From assembly GCA_964016885.1 (NCBI GenBank), contig OZ024740.1, positions 366,668,001-366,732,000 of the forward strand: a stretch of DNA of 64,000 nt. Direction: 5' to 3'. This DNA is from Eledone cirrhosa (taxonomy: Eukaryota). Positions 12,979-32,404 of the stretch are shown here, one piece after another. Made by a program: the position numbers and the translations under genes. The notes below the pieces were generated by a model. The model had not been told where the DNA came from. It did no database searches and worked only from the letters and a program-made list of their open reading frames with translations. The first letter of the stretch is position 1, and every line of letters starts with the position of its first letter.

Positions 12979-13653
12979 AATAAAGATTCAGCGAGAATCG
13001 CATTTTCGGCAGGCAGGAAAAGCGAAGCGAAACGCTAAAATCAGAAATGATACTGGCAAAGTGCTCAATAGTTAAAACCCAGAGCTAAACAATGTGTTAA
13101 GAAGCCATACACAACTGAAAATGTGGTCAAGAAAGCATTAACCACCCAAGCCAAAAACCAAATCAAGCTAAACAGGTCAAAACAAAGTAAATGATAAAAA
13201 ATAAGTGATAACCAGACCTGGACTCCCAGAATTGCTGTTAAAATCCGATCTAGAGTTTCTGTGACACCTAAATAAAAATACAGTCTGCTTAAAAATATAA
13301 GCTTTGTGTATAACGATCGAACAAGGAATATCCCGTTATCAACAGGTATTTCGCTCTGTACCAAATAAGTGAATGACGCGGTGGTAAGTTAAACCACGTG
13401 TGGAAGTCACAAAGGGAATAACCCCAGGTTTTGGCAAAGTAATTCAGTTGGTGTAGATCATGCAAAAAATAGTATAAATAGCACAAATCGAATAAGTTCT
13501 CAACCGAGTAGTTTAAAATAAACTTATACAATTAGCCTGTCAATAGAAATTATTAACAAGTTAATTGTAAGACATGGGAGATTAATACAAATAAAGATTC
13601 AGCAAGAATCGCATTTCGGCGTGCAGGAAAAGCGAAGCGAAACGCAAAAATCA

Positions 13654-13657
<4 letters not shown>
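12974..13657. repeat. About 70-bp direct repeats bounding a 0.6-kb segment between (TA)n tracts
   Basis: atacaaataaagattcagc.agaatcgcatt..aaagcgaagcgaaacgc.aaaatcagaa at 12974 and about 13585. Confidence 0.75.
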
Positions 13658-13688
<31 letters not shown>

Positions 13689-13734
13689 GTGTGAAACGCA
13701 GCAAGGCGCGGGTAATTCGGCAAGTATATATATA

Positions 13735-13931
<197 letters not shown>

Positions 13932-13954
13932 ATGTGTGTGTGTATATATATATG

Positions 13955-14612
13955 CTAGCCGAATTACCCGCGCCTTGCTGCGTTTCACACATTTTTTTTG
14001 TAAGAAAATGATGATTGATTTTAAATCAGTGATATAATTTATGGAGAAAAACTCTGCATTTCAATATTACTCAATTTAAAATGTAATGCATGAAAAATTG
14101 GAAAACATTATTTTTTGTAATATATCAAATCAAAATTACATTATTAAATCTTATTCTTATTTTGTTTCTTGTAAATAATTTTTTTGAAAATATCAATTCA
14201 AAACTTTTGTGAATAGGTATCATATCTTGTCATTTACCGATGGTTTAAATTTCATATAAATCGTAGGGAAAATATTTTTAGCGGGTGTTTGTGCCTCCGG
14301 GGAACCCTAATAGGGGGTTTAACCCCCATTATGGTGTCTTAATAATATTAAAATTTGCTGAAATTTTGTGAATGGGAATCATATCTTGTCATTTACCTAT
14401 GGTTTTAATTTCATATAAATCGAAGGGGGTTTTCAGCGGGGATTTTGTGCCCCCGGGGAACCCTTTGATTAAAATGAAATATACTTATCCAAGTACCCGG
14501 GGCAATGTAGTTTCAGAATATATATGGTTATATGGGTGTCTATCTAAAAAAACATAGGAGTAGTTCGTGAACTAACAAACAAACAAACAGACAGGAATAC
14601 AACTTTATATAT
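13955..14612 (+). mobile_element. HINE/Helentron-like element with upstream inverted copy of its 5' end
   Basis: 5' ctagccgaattacccgcgccttgc, two internal repeats (atatcttgtcatttacc..aatttcatataaatcg), (aaac)n and a tttatatatat end. 13686-13722 is the reverse complement of 13957-13993. Confidence 0.55.
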
Positions 14613-14784
14613 ATATATATATGTATACGGGATAACAACTTATCGTTGTAGGTAATCCACTTAGAGGTAGTCCAGTTAGAGTACTCCGTGTTGTGGATGG
14701 TTTTAACGTATGGCTAAGTTTGACTCAACAAGACGCTTCCATAGTGATGCAGCGAGTTCGCGGTGATTTCCTTGGAGTAATAAT

Positions 14785-16532
<1,748 letters not shown>

Positions 16533-16564
16533 CTTAATAACTTAGAGACGTAGTCTATAGTCTA

Positions 16565-17493
<929 letters not shown>

Positions 17494-17578
17494 AAAGGTA
17501 AACAGAAATAACAACACAATCGGTACAGTATATGGAAGGTATATATTAGGTTAACGCTTGATATAGCAGGAAGAGGGT

Positions 17579-17612
17579 CTTAACGTTTCGGACGCTAGTC
17601 CTTCACCAGAAG
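17579..17612 (-). ncRNA. Minimal hammerhead-like motif (A6G variant)
   Basis: - strand: ctt-CTGGTGA-a-ggac(tagc)gtcc-GAAA-CG-TT-aag. Confidence 0.55.
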
Positions 17613-17622
17613 AAAGAATGAG

Positions 17623-17656
<34 letters not shown>

Positions 17657-17661
<5 letters not shown>

Positions 17662-17917
17662 GTAATAAACAACACAATATGATTATTCCATTACCCAAGG
17701 TTTCACGAAGTTAGACGATTCTTACAGAAACATCTGATATCGCTTATCAGAAGGAATCTTTATCTGGATATCACACGTTTCTGTTAGAATCGTCTAACTT
17801 CGTGAAACCTTGGCTAATGGAATAATTATATTGTGTAGTTTATTACATAATTAAATTGCTCTGTACTGTACATAGAGCACTCTTCTTTCCTTTACCGTTT
17901 CCATGGAAATACTTAAC
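17657..17917. mobile_element. Fold-back element with hammerhead relic and tail
   Basis: Arms about 17657-17745 and 17770-17850; - strand CTGATAA...GAAAccttgggTA-atggaataa. Tail 17850-17917 matches the reverse complement of 6234-6302. Confidence 0.75.
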
Positions 17918-17986
17918 ACACACACACACACACATACACACACATAATATAATATAATATAATATAAGATACTGTTTCATCCACAG

Positions 17987-18103
17987 ATCAACGAACTGAA
18001 GTTGTTACTCTATCAGCAACAGATGCAGAACCGAGAGTTGCAAGAGAAACTGTTGCAATCCTATTATAACCCCCACGCCTATGATGCTGTGTCACAGAGC
18101 ACC
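17987..18103 (+). CDS. Exon 5 (INELKLLLYQQQMQNRELQEKLLQSYYNPHAYDAVSQST), coiled-coil-like
   Basis: Acceptor tttcatccacag|, donor |GTAAGA; phase 0/0. Confidence 0.8.
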
Positions 18104-18529
18104 GTAAGACAAATATCGATTCTTCCATCAAGTTATGGGCCATTGAGGAATGAAATGTACCATCTATTTGCTACTGTGATAGACGTGTAATTGAAATAAC
18201 ACATACACACATATACATACATACATACATACATACATACATACATACATACATACATACATACATACATACATACATACATACACACATACATACATAC
18301 ATACATACATACATACATACATACATACATACATACATACATACATACATACATACGTACGTACGTACATATATGCATACATACATACATAATATTTACA
18401 TACATATATGAAGATACGCACATATTTATGTATGTTTGTATGTAATTATGATTGTGTGTGTATGTGTGCGCATGTATGTATGTATGTATATGATAATATA
18501 TAATAATAATAACTATAATAATAAAAATA

Positions 18530-19415
18530 ATTATTTCTTTATTCACCACAAACAGTAAAAAGAAAGGTAATAATAACAATTTTAACAATGGTAATTCCTC
18601 AATAGGGAGGAGACATTCGAAGGATACTCATGGAAAAAACCCCATATAACTACGGATGCCCTGATCTCTAGGGCAACTGCCTTGTCCAAGTTGTCCTCCT
18701 CAAATATACAGGCACACACTCAGAGCGGGTCCATTCTCCCGAGCCATGCTCGCCTGTCTCACCCATCTTCCAGCAAACAGACTGGAAAGCAACACTTCCC
18801 TCTCTACCCTTATTTTCTTCTTCAAATGAAACCTGAAAAAGTTAATCAGGGCTTCGCCGAAAAAGAAACTGTTCGTCTTTAACCCTTTCAGACGTATCCA
18901 CCATACAATTTCTTTCGCCATGACCACCAAACAGATTCAAACAGTCTGTATTTCTTGGCTAAAGAAAGGCGGCAGAGCGACCTTCAAAATGGACTCAGCT
19001 GATAGTCGGTTTCTTGCTCCACGCGAAAGCATGTGTTCGACATAAACTCACAAGTTGGCAGTGCTCGGACACGGACGAGTGCGTGCAAGACGGTTTTGTC
19101 GCCATGCGCGCATTTTGAACGGCTGATGGCACTTCCATGCCTGTAGAGTTTATTCCGAACTAGCAAAGCTCCCCGGTAGCACTGCCAGGCCAGGGATTTG
19201 TGAAAATTGTCGATGGGCCCTGGACCAAAAGTTCTCCAGAAAAGAGTGGCTAATTGGTTTTCATCGATGCCCAGAGTTTCCCCAAGAACGTCGTCGCTTT
19301 TATCCGCCACTAACCCTCTACAGAATGCCAAGGTGGAGTTTCCACCGATCGTGCTGCCCGAATGTGAGCACTTGAAGATATTCCAAGTCCAAATTGCTCC
19401 CTCTCGAAACAATGG
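18530..19415 (-). mobile_element. L1/Tx1-like LINE 3' fragment
   Basis: LFWRTFG..LAWQCYRGALLVRNKL..C..KTVLHAL, a zf-RVT-like C-terminus; frameshifted. Confidence 0.65.
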
Positions 19416-20332
19416 AAATTAAATAAATACATACACGCATCCAAATACGTACATACACAAGCATACGCGAAAACACTCGCCATAGGTATACAAATACACG
19501 CACATATAAATATGTGTGCGTGTGTGTGCGTGTATACAAATCATTAAATAAACGTATATAAATAAATAAATACGTATATAACAAGCGCACACACATACCT
19601 ACATGTAAATAAATAAATGTTCGGAGACGTACGTCAACCAAAACACGAAGTACACATATACACACACCCTACATACGTACGAACCCGCATACTCACACAT
19701 ACGCAAAACTCACTTATACACATAACCAAAAGCATATGTACCAGAATATATAAAATATACGCCATAACATATACAATCAAATATACGTACGAGAAAGTAT
19801 ACGTACCTTCACAAAACATACAGACAATATATACTTTGTATATATTTATTTAATTTCAATTACCTCTGTATTTTATTTACTTTATTCTTAACTCTGAGGC
19901 GGAGAATCATTCGGTTTCCAAGTTAGAATTTTAGTCTACGACTTCAGTTATACCATTTACGTGGTTTTGTCTTTGCGTGCAATTGTTCTTTACGTATTAT
20001 CTTCGTTTTTTTCGTTCATTGCCAGAGAACGTCTCTATGAACCACCTAAGAGAATATTAGTCTACGACTTCTTTTATACCATAAACGTGGTTCTGTCTTT
20101 GCGTGTAATTTTTTTTCACCGCTCCAAATAATGACGTATTATATTCGTTTTTTCCCGTTCTTTGCCAGGGAACGTTTCCACGAACCAAAGTATCGTCTTC
20201 CTGTCTTCCTCCGGTTGCAACGTTTTTTGAAATATTCACTTCTGCGTTCACAGATTGACTTTGTTAGTTTCAGAAGATCCCGTTAAGGGTGAAAGCAGCG
20301 ATTCTTTGCTTAAACTTTAATCTGTTATTTTA

Positions 20333-20365
<33 letters not shown>

Positions 20366-20372
<7 letters not shown>

Positions 20373-21121
20373 TACATGAATCAAAGTTCTGTTTAAACCA
20401 TTTATTCGCTTACAATTGTTTCTTCCAAACCGAGGTTTGGAGTCTTCGGAGCAATTTTTCAATGATTATTTACATACATGACCTCCTTTTCAACACAAGA
20501 GACATACAGAAACATATGTATATATTGATGCACATAATACTCTTGATTGCCCGCTTAAAGTGCTTGTATTACATATAACACCCTGCCGCACTATAATCTT
20601 ATATAAACTAGACACACGTGCATGCCCCATGTGTAACAATTGCATACACTAACTACTTCAAACTATCCTCTTGCTTTATCTTCGTAAACTGCCAATGTTG
20701 TATTTTAACTTTAATTTTGTTCTTTGATATGACTTTAATCTTTGAATGTAAATTTCCATGCTAAATATTATAATGGATGTCAACCCACTGTGCATCAATA
20801 TATACATAAGTTTCTGTATGTCTCTTGTGTTGAAAAGGAGGTCATGTATGTAAATAATCATTGAAAAATTGCTCCGAAGACTCCAAACCTCGGTTTGGAA
20901 GAAACAATTGTAAGCGAATAAATGGTTTAAACAGAACTTTGATTCATGTAATTTCTATATAACTGCTCTGTAGAACAACTGATGTTATTACATTGAGCTA
21001 TTTATCTTACTGGTAATAAGGTAGTAATATATTACTGTCTTTCACTATTTAGGGTTTAAAATATATATAACTATAAAAGGTTTTAGTATATAAATAACCA
21101 TAAATAGTATCCTTAATACTA
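20366..21121. mobile_element. Non-autonomous fold-back derivative of the 38.3-44.2 kb PLE family
   Basis: Arms 20366-20535 and 20790-20960 are near-identical inverted copies. Tail 20960-21120 is homologous to the reverse complement of 38320-38481. (TA)n on both sides. Confidence 0.85.
20869..20918 (+). ncRNA. Predicted minimal hammerhead, CCGAAGA core (mirror copy about 20406-20455, - strand)
   Basis: gct-CCGAAGA-ctccaaacc(tc)ggtttggaa-GAAA-CAATTG-TA-agc, then AATAAA. Confidence 0.75.
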
Positions 21122-21646
21122 TATATATATATATATATATATCTATATATATCTATATATATATACATATTAACTCTCTAAAAAGGGAAAACATATCCAA
21201 CTCCAGACTACCATTTGCCTCCATTATGGATCAACTTCTCTAAGCGCTCCTGCCATAATAACACTTTTTGAACTGCTTATCCTCAAGAACTATGCCTCTA
21301 AATAATATTATTCTTTCTTTCCCATTACCTTAATTTTTTTTTTACTTCAAAAACCTTGTTTCTTTCCCATTTCCTTAACATGTTCAACATCACCTTATCT
21401 TTTCTCCTACATTTTACACCAATACAAATTTCCCCCTTTGATAATGCATAAACTGCTGAAACCGGCAATTGACAATTATTAAATAAATAAATAAATAAAT
21501 AAATCAATGTTATTGTTAATTAATAAATAAATTAACTAATACCTTAACACTTCACACAAAGTAAAATATTTTGTTTTAAACATTTTCTAACCCAGAAAAA
21601 AGAGAAAAAATAAAGGAAAAAAAAAAATGTTTCTTCCTAATAATCG

Positions 21647-21751
<105 letters not shown>

Positions 21752-21759
21752 GACACACA

Positions 21760-21834
<75 letters not shown>

Positions 21835-22023
21835 GTATATATATATATATATATATATAATATACTTTTTTGAAAATGTGGAAGTACATATGTATGTGTG
21901 TGGTGGGGTGTGTACATGCATGAGTGTGGTGGGGTGTGTACATGCATGAGTGTGCTTAAGCGTTCGTCTACAATAATCTTACCTTCTCACATATATCTTC
22001 TGTATTATGTTATATGAAAATAG

Positions 22024-22156
22024 ATGAGAGACAACTTTATCCGGGGCATGAATCGAGCTACAATATCTGACTATCTTGACATTAATGCTGGGAGCTCCAC
22101 ACCTTACGTTTCTCAAAGTTCAGAGGAAACTTTTCTAGATGGTTTTAACATCGGAG
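22024..22156 (+). CDS. Exon 6 (MRDNFIRGMNRATISDYLDINAGSSTPYVSQSSEETFLDGFNIG)
   Basis: Open phase-0 frame after aaatag|, strong donor G|GTAAGT. Weak acceptor tract. Confidence 0.6.
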
Positions 22157-22597
22157 GTAAGTAAAATCTTTCATGAAATACAACTTGGTGACGTCGATAA
22201 AAGAAATGAGTTGAAACTCCTTTTAAGTCTGTTTTTTTTTCTATGGCCGCTGGATTCTTAATTATTCAATCTAAATTTAACAAACTATTCATGTTTCTAT
22301 ATATAAATTGGAGCGATTTCCCTCCGTCACACAATGTGTGTGTGTGTTTGTGTGAATGTTTATGTGTGTAAAAGGAAGGAAGGGGATGGCAAAAAAAACT
22401 ATAGCTAAACAGTGGCTGGCGTTCCATTTGCTACGCTGTGTGTGTTGGTGTATGCGTGTGTTTGTTTGTGAAAATGTATGTGTGTGTTTGTGTGAATGTA
22501 AGAGCATTTGTGTGAATGTATGTTTGTGAGTGTGTATTTTTCAAAGTGTGTCTGTGTTTGTGCATTTATATTTACATACTCATGCATATAAATATAT

Positions 22598-22726
<129 letters not shown>

Positions 22727-24157
22727 GATATACACATACACGTCAGCGTGTTGGAAAAGTTTCTTGTATTTAAAACTTCTTGAGATAAGATACTATGTCA
22801 TAACACAAAAGGGTTCTGAACGTCTGTTAAACTGCCAAAGGAAAATTGTCTTGTTGCAGGCCTTTCTGTATAGGCAGAAATGAAACAGAATTTGGAGCTA
22901 TCGGGGCAAAGATACATTCCTTCTCGATATTAGAATACCATTCATTAAAGATATTAGGATGAAAACATGAAAATACTTACGTATGTTACATTTCGAATTG
23001 GGAAAAAATAAAAGGTATAAGTTAATTCGGATTATAATTTTAATAACCCGTGCAAAATCCTTGTTTAGCAATTGAAGCATAGTTATTTATTTATATATTC
23101 CCAATTATAAAAAATATAACAAAGGAGTAGAAGTAGGCAGAGGCATAACTAGGGAAAATAGCGCCTATGGCAGTTGAATTGCGCCCCTGCCCAGCACTGT
23201 ATTTTCACTTATAGGCCTAAAAAATTCTACTAATGTTTTAATGATCCAGCCACCATCGTGTTCTCCCCCATGATAACCAGAGACAGATCATACATCTGAA
23301 GGAAATTCGTTTTTCATTCTCCGACAAGGCTTATTTGACATTAATAAAACGTGCTCCTTGTCAAAGTGGCGCCTCCTTTATGTGGAGCCCATGGCACGTG
23401 CCCTGGAAGTAGCCTCTGGAAGTAGATGAAGCAATTTAAGATTAAAAAAAAAGGTTTTTTAATGTAGTCCTGTTTACATGATATGTAAGTGATCGCAAGG
23501 CGTAGCAGTGGCAATGCGTGTAAATGTTTTAGCTGTGTGTTGGTCATGAGTTGAGAGAGAGATATTTATTTATTCTGTATTTATTGTGTATTATTTGTTT
23601 TGTTGAACGAGCGAGTTATCATGTATCCATTTCAGCAAGTTTTTGATGTCACTGGAGCATGTACCTGTAATTTGTGAGGTATTCGAGTTATATGTATAAC
23701 CAAGGGCACAACAGAAGAAGAAGGAATGTGGGTGTTGTAGTTAGCTAGGAGTATGTGTAGGTAGCGGTGACATTGTAAAGATCATTGCTCCAGCGAATGA
23801 AGAACACGTCTCTCTGACTATCTCTAGTCACTTTTATCGTTGCCATTCATGTAATGGTAAGCGGGCATTTTAGGTAACTATCCTGCGTCATATTCGTCGG
23901 GAGGTTCAGTTTCTTGAGGTTATTCTTCACAACTTCATCCTATATCTTACTTGGTCATTCCCAGCCATCAGTTCCACCCACTTCGAGCGCACGGCAATTC
24001 TTTATACAGCCCTCACTCTCTTTACTCATCATACGACTATATCAGTGAAATGAACACTTTTGCACACTATTTTCCTTTCTTCATATACTTAGCTTTTTCA
24101 CTCAGTTCACTCGTGCTCTTTCCTTCACATCCAGCGGAGCGCTTGCACGTCTCATTT

Positions 24158-24194
<37 letters not shown>

Positions 24195-24199
<5 letters not shown>

Positions 24200-24870
24200 C
24201 TGCAGATAATGGATAGTCCTGGCTTCTCTTTCTAATTTTTATTCATATGTATCACAATCGCAACTACACAGCACGCCATTTTTCATTCCTATATGCTTTC
24301 CTTTCCCCTTCGCTATGACCTGTCTTTTTCTCTTCCCTTACTGCTATCCTCTTTCTCTCTCCCTCTTCTCTCTCCTTCTACCTCTTACTTTCCTTCACCC
24401 CCTCTGCTAGTCACCCTCTCTCAGCTAGCCTCTTCCTCACACTTTCACTCACTCCCTCTCTGCTACTCACCCTCTCTCTCACTTCCTCCATCGTCCCACA
24501 CCGTGCGAAATTCTTTTCTCGCTCACTTTTCGCACGGCCAAGATGTGTCTTTCGTCTTCTCGTCAATGATTCGCAAGTTCTTATGTTCACATGAATCACT
24601 GACTTGATTTTCTCATTTTTTCCTCTCTTTACGTTGCCTCACCATTCTTGTTTGTTTACCTGTCTCTCTTTCTCCACCCAATTCTTTTTATCCCAATAAC
24701 TTATTTTAGTTATTGTTCGCGCTAGCCTGAGGTATATGATCTTTAATGTGAAGAAATACCTATGATGGCTAGTAGATCACTGATCATGGATAGTCCTGGC
24801 TTCTCTTTCTAATTTTTATTCATATGTATCACATTCGCAACAACACAGCACGCCATTTTTCATTCGTATA
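24195..24870 (+). repeat. Family G repeat (direct end repeats around pyrimidine-rich body)
   Basis: cactg...atggatagtcctggcttctctttctaatttttattcatatgtatcac at about 24198 and 24778; homologous to 27200-27845 and 31313-31890. Confidence 0.75.
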
Positions 24871-25144
24871 TATATATATTATGATCATCATCGTTTAACG
24901 TCCATCTTCCACGCTAGCATGGGTAGGACAGGCTGTCCCTTTCCCTTTGTGAGAGATCAGGTCGGGGGACCGTCATTTGCTCACACACACTCGCGCACGA
25001 CCCCCCCCCCATACATACGGATCTAGCTGTCGAAATGGCCGGAGATCAGCTGTTGGGGTCTGACTCTTTTCATATTACCCACTCTACTACCCAAGTATCG
25101 AGTAATCTGGTGCGTTATGGTCTACCTTGTATCACACCCTCTCT

Positions 25145-25248
<104 letters not shown>

Positions 25249-27199
25249 GCGTGTGTGTGTATGTATATGTGTGTTTGTGTGTGCTCACACAGACGCGCAT
25301 ACATACAGAAATACACGCGCACACATGTTTACAGCAATGCTAAGGAGCAACATATTTTGGATGGTTCTGTTGGATAAATCTGGCGAAAATTTCTTCTCGT
25401 ATTTCAGCAGATTTGCATCCGATTATCTAGCTAGATGCTGCCAGAGATTTGATTACCCAGCTCCCAGTATTATCTCCATGGAAACAATTTATTTATTTAT
25501 TTATTTATTTATTTGAGGGAGATGTAACAATTATCCCTATCAGTTCTTGCTACTGCGTAAAGACATTTATTTCGGCTATTTTATTCTGCAGAAAGAAATA
25601 TTATTGAAAATAGTGTATAATTAAGAGTGACTTCCCTTATATAACGAACGAGTTATGCCCCTTAGCTGTTCTAGTCAAGAATACGCTTATGGTTCTTGCA
25701 TCTTTGTAATGGATGACATATTATTTTATATTTATTATCTGATTAAGCCCCAACAGTACAGCTCTTACTGCAACTGTAGTCTCTTGTTATAGGCTTCTAA
25801 GGGAGGTATTTTAAGGCTGCTGCTCCTTTCTCTTCTTTCTTGGCAATTTGAAATGTTAGTCTACTTCCACAGAACACTAGAGAGTAAATATTACCATGAA
25901 GCAAAAATATTTAGAGTGAGACATGCTGACAAGACTGGTTAAATTTCATGAGTATCTTATTTCATTCATCAAACAACAGGAACACTGATCGGAGGCCCAT
26001 TTCATTCCAGGTCTGAACATAGCCAATTTCTTAGAGTGAGAGAGAGAGAGAGAGTGAAAGAGAGAGAGAGAGAGAGAGAGAGTGAGTGAGTGAGTGAGTG
26101 AGTGAGTGAGTGAGTGAGTGAGAGAGAGATGAAGTGAGAAATAACTATAGAGTATGATCGAAAGAAAGGCAAAGTTGACCACCTTGGGATCTGTGCCAGA
26201 ACGATTATCACAAAGCAATCTATCTGATGTTCTAACGACTCACCGAATTTGCCGTCTTCCCCATTTTATTCTTCCCAATCTTCCCCACCCTTTCCTCCTC
26301 CTCATGGTCATCATCATCATCCTCACCAACTTATAAGTAAATTTATTTATAACTATGGCGACAGGAAAAAATAATAAAAAAATCAAAAAAAAAATCAAAA
26401 AAAAATCCTGATATAATTTATCATTTGAATCACGGTAAATCCAGCAATAGAAAGCACTGTTAGCCTAAATAGTTCTTTGTTTAATGGTTAATCCGGATCT
26501 TATTGTACATTGATCTAGTAAATATATATATAAAAAATAATTCTGAATAGGGTTTTCTTCTCTTTCATGCCACTGATATAAAAGAGGATGGGGTGAAAGG
26601 TAATGCAAACAGCAATTCAGCTGTTTAAAGATAAAAGTTGAATATTTTTATTATTAAGATCATAATTAATCGAAAAGCAATCACACTATGAGTAAGATTA
26701 TCTAATTTTAGCATTTAGGTATTAATGTTGTAATGCATCTGAGATATGGTTTTGATAAGAGTTACGGTGTAGAGTTTCCTATTACTTTCATCGACCCATT
26801 TTTAGATACGCATCTGAAACAACTACCCTACATACCACTTCATACAGGCACAGATACGCATACACACACACGCACGCACATATATACGTAGATAAGACAG
26901 TTATTGCTTCAATTAGTCTACTCACCCTAAGTAAATACCCTAAATTGAACGCCAACCTGTATCCATGACTCCTGCCAAATAAATTCGTTAAATCATACTC
27001 GGACCACCTATTCTACCAGGCATGGCTTATGCAACCAGACTCAACTTAATAGCCATTCAACTTTGCATTTTTGAAGAAATAAAAAAATGAGTACCAATTA
27101 TCGATTCTCGGATACAACATAGCCTATATATATATATATATTACTCTTTTACTTTTTTACCTGTTCCAGCCATCCAGCTGAGACCACATATATATATAT

Positions 27200-27941
<742 letters not shown>

Positions 27942-28432
27942 TATGTATATGTATATATGTATATATATATATCATCATCATCATCAGCACCGTTTTACGT
28001 CCATTCTTCCATGTTAGCATGGGTTATACGGGTTGTCCTGTTGTGGGCAGTGTCCGTTCGGCTGACCTTGTCTTGCTCATACGGGAACTGATTCTGGCTT
28101 GATTTCTACAGCTGGATGCCCTTCCTAACACCAACCTCATTTACAGTGTGGGCTGGGTGCTTTTTTGCCGTGGCACCTCCACAACTTTGCAGTGGGAGGG
28201 GGTGGGGAATATTGTTTATATGCTTCAGCATCGGCTTTTACCTGTGGAAACTCGGGTCTTCTGTATTTCTACGTGACGCCAGAGGTCACGGTCTTGTGTC
28301 ATCGCCTTTGAGAGGTGCAATTGGGTAAAGATGACTTTTATCACCTCATTTGCAAGGATTTTGATATGAAATCGTGTGTCGAAACAAATATTGTTTCTGG
28401 CAATATTATTACAACAATATGACCCTCCCCAA

Positions 28433-28477
<45 letters not shown>

Positions 28478-28624
28478 ACGTCTTATATATTATTGTTCTG
28501 CATTCTCCTGCATTGAACCACCTAGGTACTATGACATAACCTGTGTATTTGCTGGCATTAGCGTACATCTGTGCGCTTATGTTAGTAGATATATTAAATT
28601 ATCTCTATATATATATATATATAT

Positions 28625-28811
28625 AGGAACCAGTAAGACCCCGACAGCTGAGCTGAAGCCGTTTCGACGGCTAATTCTAGAATTAGCCGTCGAAACGGCT
28701 TGAGCTCAGCTGTCGGGGTCTTACTGGTTCCTATTACCCACTCTACTACCTCAAGTATTGAGTACTTTGGTGCGTTATGGTCCACCTGGTTCCTTACCAC
28801 ATTTCCTTCGT

Positions 28812-28812
<1 letters not shown>
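28625..28812. mobile_element. Family F asymmetric hairpin element
   Basis: Palindrome centred on ttctagaa (28675-28682) plus an 80-bp tail; (TA)n on both sides. Confidence 0.85.
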
Positions 28813-28868
<56 letters not shown>

Positions 28869-28889
28869 GTGAGGGTGGTGAGAACACGA

Positions 28890-30190
28890 ATAACCCACTT
28901 TATTGAAAGCAACGGCCTGCTGAACTCCAACCAACATGGGTTCCATAATGGAAGGGACTGCCTAACGCAGCTACTACATCACTTTGACGATGTTTAGAGA
29001 GCCTTGGGAGAGGGCTCCAACACTGATGTCTTCTACCTTGATTTCAGCAAGGCCTTCGACAGGGTTGATCATAAGATTCTACTGAAAAAACTATCCAATG
29101 TTGGTGTCTCTGGAAGGTTACTACAGTGGATCAAATGTTTCCTGACAGACAGAACCCAGCATGTTGTAGTCAAAGGAGTAAAATCAAGCCCTGCCAAAGT
29201 CAGCAGTGGCGTCCCACAAGGCACTGTGTTGGGCCCACTTCTTTTCATTATCTACATTAATGACATTACTGACATCATCAAGCACAGCAACATAAGAATC
29301 TTCGCAGATGATTCCAAGCCCCAAAGGGTCATCAATGAGATGGGTGACTGGACTTGCCGTCAGTCAGACCTACTCGCTGTTATCCAATGGGCAGAAAATA
29401 ATAACATGCTGTTGAATGAGGATAAGTTTAAATTAATCCACTTTGGAAAAAAGGATGTCCTGAAACTACCATACTCTCTTCCTTCGGGTGAAACTCTAGT
29501 GGCATCCAATAACATCAGAGACCTGGGAGTAATTGTGGACAACAACATAAGCTGGGCCACTCATATAAACAACAAAGTTGATATGGCCCGCAGATTGTGT
29601 TCCTGGATTCTCTGAACTTTCCAGTCGAGAGATATCAACACTGTTATCCTTCTCTTCTCCACTTTTGCCCGACCCCACCTTGAATACTGTTGTCCACTGT
29701 GGTCACCCCACACGAAACAAAGTATCATGAAAGTTGAAGCAACCCAAAGGTCAATTACAAAAAAGATAGATGGCATGACAGGTCTTGACTATTGGAGTCG
29801 ATTAGAAAAGCTCAACCTTTATTCTCTCCAACGAACCGTGAGCGCTACATTATCTGCATGATGTGGAAAATATTCCATCAGCTTTGCCCAAATGATGTTG
29901 GCATCACCTTTAATGTACACCCAAAGCTTGGGCCCCGTGCTATCCGCCCACGACAAAAATCTCACTCGCATCTCATAACAACACTACGGCACAATTATTT
30001 CACCTCAATTGGCCCTGCTCTCTTTAACATTACAGCAAAACACATCAAAGCAGGGACAGACCCCATCAAGCTCAAGAAGCCTTTGGATATATTCCTTCAA
30101 GAAATGCCGGATAAGCCTCCTACACCCGGATATGCCTCCGTAAACAATAACTCTCTGCTCGAGTGGGCCATGGTGCCCAAACACTGATTT
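28890..30190 (+). mobile_element. CR1/L2-group LINE, 5'-truncated reverse transcriptase (disrupted)
   Basis: NQHGF..GRDCLTQLL, YLDFSKAFDRVDH, GVPQGTVLGPLLF, IFADDSK, RDLGV, RPHLEYC..WSP; in-frame stops. Confidence 0.9.
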
Positions 30191-30270
30191 GTAAAACTTC
30201 GCCAGGTGGTGCTATTAAGTTAGACATGGCCTGGGCCAATACTGACCAAAACCTATCAAAGTTAGCAAAG

Positions 30271-30378
<108 letters not shown>

Positions 30379-30394
30379 ATAAGTAGAAAAGAGC

Positions 30395-31282
30395 GCAAAA
30401 CTCGAGTGAACCTAGCTAAGACAAAAATGTTGAAGAGTAGAAAAGAGGACAAAACCTTGATTCCGTCAGGTAAATGGCCATGTTCGATATGTAGAAAAGG
30501 AACTGGCATAAATTTTATAAAATGTACACAATGTAGATCTTGGGTACACTAGAGATGTAGTGGGATAGCAGGGAAACTAACAGGTAGGGAATACTACGTA
30601 TGCAGTAGATGTGCAGGGAAGTTTGACAGTAGTAATCGCAGTGATAGATATATTTGTCAAATGCAGGTGGGTTCTATAGAAGTGTTTGATAGCTTCCGGT
30701 ACCTAGGTGATCAGATTAGGTTGGGAGGAGGGGTGTTCCGAGGCCATAGTATCTAGAATACGGACGGGTGGAAGAAGTTTAGGGAGCTGCTTCCTCTGTT
30801 GACAAAGAAGGGTTTCTCCCTGCGTATGAAAGGCCGGTTATATGATGCCTGTGTGAGATGCGCGATGCTGCATGGTAGTGAGACATGGGCAGCAACTACT
30901 AAGGATATGCGACGGCTGGAGAGAAATGAAGCAAGCATGCTCCGTTGGATGTGCAATGTCAATGTACGTGAACGACCCAGCATGGATGTGTTGAGAGAGA
31001 AACTGTATAAGTGGGATAAGTTGTGGTGTGCGGGAGTAAACACTGAGATGGTATGGACATGTAATGCGCATGGATGATGATAGCTGGGTAAAGAAGTGCC
31101 AAGAAATCCCAGTCGAAGGAAGACGCAGTAGAGGAAGACCACGAAAAACATGGGCGGAGGTGGTGAGCGCAGACCTTAGATCGCTGAAACTCACGGAGGA
31201 GATGACAAAGGACCGTGACAAGTGGAGAGATGCTGTGCTGAATAGGACCCGTCCCACCCTTGCAAGCAGGGAAAAGCGGATG
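30395..31282 (+). mobile_element. RTE-clade LINE 3' fragment with Cys-rich insert
   Basis: VNLAKTK, WPCSICRKG..C.QC..WVH, FRYLG, GWKKFRELLPLL..KGRLYDACVR.AMLHGSETW, RGRPRKTW. Confidence 0.85.
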
Positions 31283-31312
31283 TATATATATACACACATA
31301 TATATATAATGA

Positions 31313-31989
<677 letters not shown>

Positions 31990-32041
31990 ATATATCTATA
32001 TATATCTATATATATATATCTGTATGTGTGTATATATATAT

Positions 32042-32099
<58 letters not shown>

Positions 32100-32173
32100 G
32101 TATGTGTGTATATATATATATACAAGTGTTTCGAGCGAGTGGTATTTTCATACATGGGTCTTGTCTCAATAGT

Positions 32174-32390
<217 letters not shown>

Positions 32391-32404
32391 ATATATATAT
32401 ATAC